Shown: piece after piece, positions 51,396 to 60,890 of the stretch | Numbering within the stretch: position 1 is the stretch's first letter | How the letters are laid out: each line of letters opens with the position of its first letter | Assembly: GCA_973895155.1 (NCBI GenBank) | Contig: OZ316893.1 | Location: forward strand, 27,724,210-27,788,209 | Length of the DNA stretch: 64,000 bases | Origin: Marsupella aquatica | Taxonomy: Eukaryota; Plantae; Marchantiophyta | Reading direction: 5' to 3' | Made by a program: the position numbers and the translations under genes | Notes under the pieces: generated by a model | The model's input: the letters and a program-made list of their open reading frames with translations, nothing else | Told to the model about the DNA's origin: nothing | Database searches by the model: none

Positions 51396-54300
51396 AGGGA
51401 CAGAGTTTCTCCTTTCTCCAATTTACCTTTTTTTTCTGTTTTGCCCTCCCTTTCTCTCCTTCTGCTCGTCCTCTGTCACACCACCACCACCCTCTGCTTT
51501 TCTTTCCTCCAACCCTACTAAAAAAAATGAGGAGGAGTGAAATGTTTGTCACTTCTCCAAGGCAAAAACATGTCAAACCAGGTACCTTGTATCTACATAC
51601 TATAAAGGAAAGTATTTCCCCCGGGCACCCTCTGAGTCAATTCAAGGGTGTTAAATCCCTGGAATACATCTAATGGTAGCGTATTAGACAAGCTCTCAAG
51701 TTACAGACAAACCATGGAAGTTTGGCGGGATGCCTTCTTATAGTAGTTGACAGTCTTCTCATACACCACCTAAAATGTGCTGGAAGTATGCCCTTGCATC
51801 ACAGTGACTGGTAATTTGGGAAGTAATGGCTGGCCCACTTACTGCATGCACACAAGTGCTATATAGGTCTTGTCTTTAGTTAGTCAAGTGTGGTTCATTA
51901 GTGGCCATGTAAATTGAGTGAATTGGCTTCTGAAGCACACTAGTTTGCAAAGATAATAGTAGCCACGACTTCATGAGGCAATGTTGGATAGGTTGAGCAA
52001 ATGCGGCCATCATACACTCAGGTGCATGTAGTAGACTCGCCCACACAGCATCGTTGTAGAATAGCCGAGGGAATGAAATATGATACTCTGGGAGAGCTGG
52101 TGAATGCTGACACTCATCCCAAGGGGCCCACTTTATTGGACACTGACGAGGAATGAAAAATAGACGTATCAAAATAAGGTAAAGCAGAATGATGCCTGGG
52201 AACAGTGGGAAGGTTGAGAGGGTCAGAGCAGGCCAAAAGAGTGAGTGATATTTGAGATATTCAAATTTAGAGAATGCATACTTAGGTAGAATGGTAGTAT
52301 GAGTGTTGGTGTTGCAATTCTTTTTCGGCTGGAAATGCATGTTAGAACGAGATCAATCACTCACTTTTAGGTTTCGGCCAACAGAGTAACTGAGCTAGTG
52401 ACTGCTCTCGTTACTTTGGTGCCGCCCCACAGGTTATTTGCATTCTAATTTATTTGATTATAAAACTAAATTTTTATTCTACTGCCTGGAAGCCAATGCC
52501 AGTTGCGCGCCACAAGCTTTATTTGTGGTTTCCATTCTCCCTTTTCAAATAAAATTTGTTTTAAAAAATACACATCCCCCCAAAAAATAATTTAATGAGG
52601 AAAGTACATTTTTGTTCGTGTACAACCTGATAGACTGATTGTATACGTACGTATCCAATACTGGGTACAATACACTTCCTCTGCTTGAATTGTTTTTAAC
52701 GTAGGTTTTATGACTTTTATCAACTCATCCTACAGAAAGTACTTGACGAAAGGACATATTTCAAGGCAAACAAATACTCAAAGCAAGCAGCACACCTTTA
52801 CGAAATTCACATGCCGTAGCTTGGGGCAGCCATTCTCACAGCCCTCCATATAAACTTTCCCGATAGATCAGCACCCAGTCCACAGTTTTAAAGCAATCCA
52901 CCCATGGAGGTGTACAGTACCTGCTTCCCTTTTAAATTGTTTTCTGAATGGACGTGAACTGTTCATCGGAGACTTTTCGAGTCTCAGCTTGATCCGCTTT
53001 TCGTTGCTTTTTCCGCAACTTTGCAGATGATTTGCTGGGGAGCCCATCCGTGGGCTTCCTATATGGTGGCCACGGGAATGCCAGCCTAGGACCTATGGCG
53101 GTGGACGAACGAATTAGTACACCCAACTGCCATGCAATGATTTGAGGTGATCGAGGCAGGCAAATGAGCTCTCTTGAAGAAAGTCGTTGCGGCTTTCGCA
53201 TTGGTGGAATTGAGTCAAGCGATGACGTTACAGGTAGAGCTCCAAAATATCCTGCCACTTTACTCATGAAGTCATGATGATGATGCTGACAACCACCATT
53301 CGCTGAAGTTCAATTCATGCTGTTTTGTAATGCTTTCCTGAAGATACTTTTCCAAAGGAAATAAAAGTGACTCGTCGTTTCTGGACATCAATATTTTATA
53401 TCCACTGTACGACTGTAGCTGTTAGCACGGTTCAATATATAGTAGGTGGGAAACTACCGTACTTGAGTTAATTAACTGACATCATCTCGTTCGCGCTAAA
53501 TTAGAAAAGCGTCATCGTAATTAGTTTTTTAGTCACCTTTCAATTCACTTTTTGAACTCCACCATTTAAAAATAGTTTCTTGTTGACAATCACAATTATG
53601 AGGGTCGTCCCCAAAGACTACAGTAGCCATCGACTTCCTCGATAAATAATCTAGCGAAAATCCTCCATGGTTTACACACTTGAAGTCGAAAACAAGACTA
53701 AAATGTAGATATTTTTCCAAGGTAGCTCACAACACAGTCTACTTTACCACCCAATCGTGAATCATCTTTAGGCAAAATAGCTCACCCGCTTGTCGCCCAA
53801 CCTCAGACTAGTAGGGAGTCTCAAAATAGGGGATCCAAGGGTTAACGCCCATCCGTAACCCTCCGATTATGGACTATGCAGTAAAACTTACTGGAGCCCA
53901 AAACAGGCTCCCGTAATTTTATGTCATGACCAGATGACTTAACCCATAAATTGTAGCAAACTGGACTTTGTACTCAAAGCGCAAACACTGTGCACTTATT
54001 TTGGACACTTGCAAGATTTTGAACTCGACATCCACTTTGGCCAAAAAATCCCGACGCCCTCCTCTGGACCTCGGTCTCTCAACACTCCATGGCCTTGCAT
54101 CCATCCGCTGCTGCACGAGAGCTATGAATTCCTGAGGCACAGCGACGGATATTGAGCGGATATGTGCTTGACACTTATGCGAGAGAAAATCTGGGAGCCA
54201 AGATTGGCACCAAATTGCAGGCAATCAAGCTTGGACTCCTTCATAGCGTGGTATAGCTCCGAAGCGGAAGTCTGAAATCCTTGTTCAACTAACTTGTGCA

Positions 54301-54731
54301 GATCTTTCAGGTGAAGGTCCGATTTCTGAAGCTGTTGTGCGAGGGTATTATTTATCTTCACATCTTGTGGATATCTTGCTAGGAACTCCGAGTGTGTCAA
54401 ATGAGTTCTGTCACTGGATTGCTCTGATTTATAATCATTGGTGCACAGCTAGTTCCAATCTGTGGGTGATAACCAATTAATTTGTGGAATTTGTGACTAC
54501 CATCAGCCATATGAATTTGACATGAATCGTTAGTGTACAGAATGTTTGATATATATCATTGGGGAGAAATTATCACTAACTATAGTCTTTGAATGGTGGA
54601 ATTAGTTTGACGTAATTGCTTGGGAGAATTGATCTGAAATCGTGCACTATTCTTTAGTGTTCACAAAGAACCATTTTCCAGGAACTTCTTTTGGAGACAC
54701 CATAACTTGAATTTCATATCATCAGAAAGAA

Positions 54732-55288
54732 TTGCAGGTGGTGCCAGAGAAATTGGTATCGAACATCCTTCTAGAGAGCTCGGATGATGACCTCCTTACA
54801 TCAGGTAGTGATATGGACTCCTTGAACAATCTCAGATTATCTAATTCAGATCATGATCTGTATTCATTAGATGAATCTGATGATGACACCAATATACTTG
54901 AATTGGAGGGTGCTCCACATGAGCTCATGGAGTTGTATGCCACGATGGAGAGCACCAGGTTTTTTGTTGACAAGAAACTAACAAGTAAATCTCGGGAGTT
55001 TGCTACACAGTATTTTGACAAGCTCCCTCCTTTTAATTAATCTTCTGGAAAATGACTCGGATGGACAAGACATATACCTTTCTTTGCATTAGTTCACCTA
55101 ATACTCCCAGAATCCACAGGCTCCTCTGTGAGTGGCAACTTGCTGTCACTCTGGATTGGTTGGGCCATGAAGGCAATGGAGCCTGCTTGAATCTTTTAAT
55201 TCCAACCTGGCCGGGGTGTAAGTAACGGTTCTCTTTGCAATTTCATTGATCATTGCTTAATTTGGTGCACTGGAGGATGCACTTAAAA
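54732..55288 (+). pseudogene. PIF/Harbinger-type transposase N-terminal fragment, truncated
   Basis: F.KMTRMDK, NSQNPQAP, WQLAVTLDWLGHEGNGA and GVSNGS motifs across frameshifts; similarity stops at ~55288. Confidence 0.6.
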
Positions 55289-55634
55289 CACAATGACGGA
55301 CCAAACGAGAAGTGCGACCACACTTCTTGTTTTGCCCGCGGCGAAAAAAGTTTCTGAGGCAAAAAAGTCTTGGATACGGAATTAGTATTCCCCCTAAAAA
55401 CTAGTTTTTTGAATTGAAAAAATGGGAAAAATTGACACGAATACAAAGATGGGATACGGCGTATCCCATTTTGGATCCAACCGCGGAATTCCCAAAAAAA
55501 CAAAACAAACGCAGTAAAAGTGCCGATATTGGTTTACCCGACAAGAATATTCTAAAATGATTCTTCTCAACGGTAACATTTAACCGACTGCGATGCAACT
55601 GCAGTCAAATACTAACCACGGTCAGAGAGAAAAC

Positions 55635-55646
55635 TATAAATAGGAG
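55635..55646 (+). promoter_or_regulatory. TATA box of cassette 1
   Basis: TATAAATAGGAG followed by CGCTCATTT and a pyrimidine-rich leader; the same arrangement recurs at 58000. Confidence 0.6.
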
Positions 55647-55789
55647 ATCACCGCTTGAGAATTTTCCGCTCATTTTTTCTTGCTCTGGATACTCTTACTC
55701 TCGACGAATGCACACCGTCTATACAAACTTGTATTCCCCGAAAATCAGATTTGACTAACAGGTGAGAATCTTCCTGAAAATGGCGAGGA

Positions 55790-56445
55790 CGAATCCCAAA
55801 TGGGATACGACGTATCCTGTTTGGGATTCAACCTTCAAATGTTCAGTTTTCGTTTCACTTTAGCTAAAAAAGGAGGTTGGATGCGAAGTGGGATACGGGG
55901 TATCCCATATCGCATCCAACCTCCGAATATGAAGTATCTTAGACTCCAAATGTCAAAACCTCAACTTTGAATGCGAAATGGGATCCGGCGTATCCCATTT
56001 GGGATTCATCCTTCAAATATCCAGTTTTTATTTCTCTTTAGCTGAAAGAGGAGGTTGGATGCGAAGTGGGATACGGGGTATCCCATGTTGCATCCAACCT
56101 CCGAATATGAAGCATCTTAGACTCCAAATGTCAAAACCTCAACGTTGAATGCGAAATGGGATACGGCATATCCCGTTTGGGATTCACCCTTCAAATATCC
56201 AGTTTTGATTTCTCTTTAGCTGAAAAAGGAGGTTGGATACGAAGTGGGATACGGGGTATCCCATGTCGCATCCAACCTCCGAATATGAAGCATCTTAGAC
56301 TCCAAATATCAAAACCTCAACGTTGAATGCGAAATGGGATACGGCATATCCCGTTTGGGATTCACTCTTCAAATGTCCAGTTTTTATTTCTCTTTAGCTA
56401 AAAACGGAGGTTGGATGCAAAGTGGGATACGGGGTATCCCATGTG
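55790..56445. repeat. Hairpin tandem array 1: 178-bp higher-order unit of alternating 88/90-bp monomers
   Basis: GGGATAC-NNN-GTATCCC cores start at 55802, 55890, 55980, 56068, 56158, 56246, 56336 and 56424; arms extend up to 25 bp (GGAGGTTGGATGCGA..TGGGATAC / GTATCCCA..TCGCATCCAACCTCC). Confidence 0.95.
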
Positions 56446-56615
56446 GTATTTACCTAGAGTTTTTTTGAATGATGGAAAAAACCTTATGGATTGCTGATTG
56501 TTTCGTAGGCGAAGTTCAACTTAACACGCACTGAAGCTCTTGCTACCTTTCAGTGACCGACACTGACTCAAGCTTAAGCTTTCCTAGAAAAACAAAGTTT
56601 TCTCTTGTGAGTCTA

Positions 56616-56942
56616 ATGGCGGTCCAGAATCAAAACCGTGAGAAACGTGCTCGTCGATTGTATAAGCGATTAGTTGCACTCAAAGTTCTTCGTCTGGGAT
56701 TAGGCGCACTATGGACGAGAGGCGTGGATCCACATGATAGTTTGAATCCACTCCGAATAGAGTTTTGTGAAAAAAATGAGGACGGAGTTCCGATTCAGTC
56801 GAGGATATGTTTGAGTGGTTGTCTGCACTCTATTAATTATTCTTGTAATTATTGTCGTGATGCCCAAAACAAATATCATCGATTGGCATATTTGTGTTGT
56901 CGGATTTGGAATGAAGATCCTTGGGTTAACTTATCGCGTTGA
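56616..56942 (+). CDS. Hypothetical 108-aa basic, Cys/His-rich protein
   Basis: First ATG after a plausible 5'UTR intron (GT at ~55762, AG at ~56508); contains CLSGCLHSINYSCNYC and CC; function unknown. Confidence 0.45.
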   Translation: MAVQNQNREKRARRLYKRLVALKVLRLGLGALWTRGVDPHDSLNPLRIEFCEKNEDGVPIQSRICLSGCLHSINYSCNYCRDAQNKYHRLAYLCCRIWNEDPWVNLSR

Positions 56943-57118
56943 ATCTTCTTGATTAGTGTGTAAGTGTTTAGGTGAACGTTCTTGGGTCAAACATTTTGTG
57001 AATATATTTTTCTTTTGATCAAAGAAATAAAATCAGTTTTTCCATCACTATTTTGTAGGTTGCTGAGAAAGAGCTCACCATCTCATTTATTACTCCAGGT
57101 ATCCACTCTTATTTTGGA

Positions 57119-57669
57119 ATGGCCGTCACTGAGAACCCTGTCTTTACAAGGTTAGCGATGTCATTCGACAAAGAGAAGAAACAAATTCAACAAAAAAGTG
57201 GCCAAAGGGAATCCAGATTGCTTTTGGATGGACTTCCTGATGAGATTGTTGAAACGTTCATTTGGTCCATTTTGAAAGTTTGTTGTATAGAGGATGAATT
57301 TGATTCCTCCAAGAACCAAGCTGATGAAAGATTGATGCGATTAAAAACAATGGTGTGGCTTGGATGCACCTCCAAGAAATGGAACCAGCTCGTAATTTGT
57401 ACACAAGTCTGGGGTATTCTTAGACTAGCAAAAGCCAGTTTGAGGAAGTAAATGAAATGCTGACAAGCATTCCCAATGGAAAACCCCTTCAGAATGTTCA
57501 TATTGAAGCTTTTGTTAGGATGGAAACACCGAATCTTCCTCCAATCAATTTCTTAGGTTTATTTTCAAGGTCTGACCTAAATCAATTTCAAGAAGACTGG
57601 CACAATCTTGAGAAAGATGAGCAAACGTGGCTCTTGGAAATGTATGGGGAAGCTTCTAGTCTGGTTTAG
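57119..57669 (+). pseudogene. F-box-like protein with a frameshift near 57440
   Basis: LLLDGLPDEIVETFIWSIL...LGCTSKKWNQLV...W matches the F-box pattern (LPDEI...I...L...C.VSK.W..L) with an insertion; reading continues in another frame as FEEVNEMLTSIP... to 57669. Confidence 0.55.
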
Positions 57670-57999
57670 AGCCGTTCCATTCATGTTTTGGACTGCTCAT
57701 CTTGAATGGGCTCTTTGTAAAGACTCTTTTTAAGAATATCAACTTAGTTTATTTTGTGGCACAATTCTGGATGAATAAAGAGTTTTGTGATTACCCTTGC
57801 ATCAACCCCATTCGCTACGCGTAAAATCTATTTGGTTTAATACAAGGACTTGGGGATATGCCTTATCTCTAGTCAGAAACAAAGTCCTATCAAGAGTAAA
57901 AAGTATAAATATCTGACCTTCGGACTCCAACCCTACGCTTTTGGATACACATTATCGCCTGTGGAAACCTTATCGCCTGTGGATACGAAGGTGATAAAG

Positions 58000-58011
58000 T
58001 ATAAATAGGAG
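58000..58011 (+). promoter_or_regulatory. TATA box of cassette 2, upstream of the methyltransferase
   Basis: TATAAATAGGAG...CGCTCATTT, homologous to 55635; preceded by a TTATCGCCTGTGGA direct repeat. Confidence 0.6.
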
Positions 58012-58177
58012 TATCTGGTCAGAAAGTTTACGCTCATTTCTTTTTCTTCTCAACTTTGCTTGCCTCCGCGTTTTTCTCGGGCTGCAACATCTGTATAGCT
58101 TTTCATAATTGCTCGAATCGAAACAAAAAAATAGGTAAAAACTCAAGAAACTCTCCCCTCCTTGGCGCACTTCATTG

Positions 58178-58591
58178 TTGAATCCTGAGTGGGATACGCC
58201 GTATCCCCCTTTGTATTCAACTCTCTATTCTTTGGCCTTCTTTTCAATGTTGAATACGAGATGGGATACCGCGTATCCCATCTCGCATCCAACACCCTCT
58301 TTTTAGTCTTCCATCCAAACCTCCTCGCTGTTTGTTGACTTTGAATACGAAATGGGATACGCGGTATCCCATTTTGCATTCAACTCCCTCTTTTTCATGC
58401 TTTGCATCAGACTCTAGGCAATTGTTGAGCTGGTTGGATGCAAAGTGGAATACCGCATATCCCATTTCGCATTCAACTCCCTCTTTTTTGTTCATTGCAT
58501 CTGACTCTAGGCAATTGTTGATGTTGGATGCGAAGTTTGTTTTTGCTTGGTTGAATGCGAACTGGGATACGGGGTATCCCATGTCGCATTC
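58178..58591. repeat. Hairpin array 2
   Basis: GG(G/A)ATAC-NNN-(G/A)TATCCC cores at 58191, 58263, 58354, 58447 and 58564 with TTG(A/G)ATGCGAA / TTCGCAT(T/C)CAA outer arms; spacers more diverged than in array 1. Confidence 0.92.
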
Positions 58592-58622
58592 GTCGTCCAG
58601 ATTTGATTGTTTGAATTCCTAA

Positions 58623-59793
58623 ATGGTTATCTCCCCATTGTCTTTTCTCCAGATTCTTTTAACAGGTTTGTGTTTGCAGTTGAAAGCTTTTTTGAAGAAG
58701 AAGAACAATGATGCAATTGGTGCCGATGCGGTTGAGAAGCCTATGGAGGAGCTGACTTTGAGTGTTATTCCCCCGGGGTTTAAGAATTATGTTCAAGAAG
58801 CGATTGAGAACTACAACCGTCGTCGTGGGATTGAAACGGTTGAAGCAGAGTCGAGTGACCATCGATGGAAAAACGCTGACGGAAATTTCATCAGATATAC
58901 ATTGCATTGTGGAGATGTCAAGGCGCTGGATAAGTTTGTAGAGAAAAAGAATTACACACTTGCAATTGCAGACATACCTTGTGGATTCAATGCGCCTGGC
59001 TCTGAAAATGATGAGGTCCCATTTTCAGAGAGTGATATTGTGGATATGGTGAAGTGTTTTGCCAAGGTGACAAGTTCAAAGATGTGGAGGTTTGTTGTGA
59101 TTCACTCTTTGCAGCAAAGTTGGTCTATGATGAATGCTCTTGGAAAAACTTGTAACGCAGGTGTAGAGGGTGGAATTTGGGAGAAGCCAAATGTACATGC
59201 TCATCCTTTCGGGAATCGATTGGCTTGGGCTTTTGAAAACTGGTCAATCGGATATTATCACGAGAGTGGTATTAGGACCAGAGACATGTACAATTTTGAA
59301 CATGATGAGAAAAAGGTAAACATCATAAAAGTCCCTTGTGTTACAAAGAAATGTGTAACACCATTGGGGGAAATAGTGAACCCTTACCAAAAGCCGATAG
59401 CTCTAGCAGATTGGTTCATTCAACATTTTAGTGAAGTAGGGGATTGGGTTGCTGATTTATGTGCGGGGAGTGGTTTGACCTCATGCGCTGCCTTGTTAGG
59501 GAAACGTCCGGTGACAGCCGTGGAGCTCAGTGCAATTAAGCCAGGTAGATTGTATCCGGACCCGACTTGTCACGCTTGATGAATCGTGGGACTTGAATGA
59601 TGAAGCAACCGAGGAGGGTACAGGACCCATGAGCTTTGAGGTTCAACCACCTATTGGTGGTACTACAAGCACCCTCCCCACTGGAACTTGCATCATTACA
59701 ACCGCGGAGGAGAACGACAATGATGAGGATGAAGAGGATGAAATGGAACATGAAGCTCTGGCACTTGATCTTGGCTCATTCCTTGAGGCTTAG
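58623..59793 (+). CDS. DNA amino-methyltransferase (N6_N4_Mtase, beta-class motif order), with a frameshift before an acidic tail; possibly a pseudogene
   Basis: LHCGD, catalytic motif IV variant IADIPCG (DPPY-like), IWEKP, NPYQKPIALADWFIQHFS, motif I DWVADLCAGSGLT, AVE; continues in another frame QVDCIRTRL...EDEEDE...FLEA* to 59793; true start uncertain (ATG 58743 or spliced). Confidence 0.85.
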
Positions 59794-60890
59794 AAATATC
59801 AAGGAATGGTTTTATTCAAAGAACCCTTTCTAACTAATATAGGCTTATATAAATGTTGCCCAAGTTAATATGCTTCAAGAGGTGATGTAATATGGATGTG
59901 ACACGCGTCACAATAGGATTGGTCCTTGTGGCCACCCTTTATTGGAACATGTGTATATGACATATAATTATGCTTGCAACATCTATGATTCAGAGTAGTT
60001 TAGGACTTTGGAGCTTTTGAACCCTGACTACCCTGCCGTGTTGTTCAAAAATGCCCCAAAGTTGAAGTTTGGGGTTAAAGGGTCATGAACACAAAAATGT
60101 ATGTACCCAAAACCCTTCCAAAACACTCCCGTCAGTTTTAGAACCGTGTGCAAATGATGAATTTATAACTTTTCAAGGCTTTCATAAATGGTGTAAAATG
60201 TGAAATTATAATATCTCAAAGGGGCAGATTTATTCTCCAAAATTAAGTTTTTAAGAATAACAAGAGAAATTTTTATAGGCTTCCAAAAATAATAAAGGGT
60301 ACTAAGGAGGGGGGTGTACACACGTATACCTCTTTAGTTTACAAAGGCTGGGGGCCCAGGGCAAAATGTATCATCTAGACTCTCTCGCCGGTCTACACTC
60401 AACCCATGTAATTGGATCAATACTGAGCAGGTATGTATATATTCTATTACATTTTTTCAATTTGAATTTATTTATGTGGTACATAAATATAAACACTTTC
60501 ATTGGACTAAGAACTTTGAATGATAATTTACAGATATTTTACAATGGAATGAGAATTATTTTTTGGAAAAGTTCCAATGGGAGTTATGGAGATTTACAAT
60601 CCAATGGTAAGGATTTGAAAAGTTATTTCAACTTTTAGTTAGTTCAATTATTAAACACTTTGGACTAACTTTAAGATTCTTTCTCAACAACCAAACAAGT
60701 CAGATTGTGGTCTATTTGTTCTTCAAAATATGGACGAAATCAAAATTCAATGGCATATTACACAATGCCTTGATGCACAGTCTTTATTTACCAAAAAATG
60801 GTACAACTGTAAAAGAGCATGTAACCTTAGAAAATTCATTCGAGATCAAATTCTAAAATTGATGCATGTACCTGTTTAAAAACATCAATC

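Noticed and set aside
53815-53911. Possible 97-bp MITE (GGGAGTCT...AGGCTCCC, GTA flanks)
   Set aside because: Short imperfect TIR, single copy in the window; could be chance
55790-58591. Palindromic repeats with regular spacing resembling a CRISPR array
   Set aside because: Spacers are themselves repeated (A/B alternation) rather than unique, the context is eukaryotic, and no cas genes are present
58143-58622. ORFs with repeated MGY.VSHF / KWDT.YPI peptides
   Set aside because: By-products of the palindromic DNA repeats, open on both strands
58623-59793. Bacterial restriction-modification system or bacterial contamination
   Set aside because: No endonuclease partner or operon structure; flanked by TATA/intron signals and contiguous with plant-type TEs
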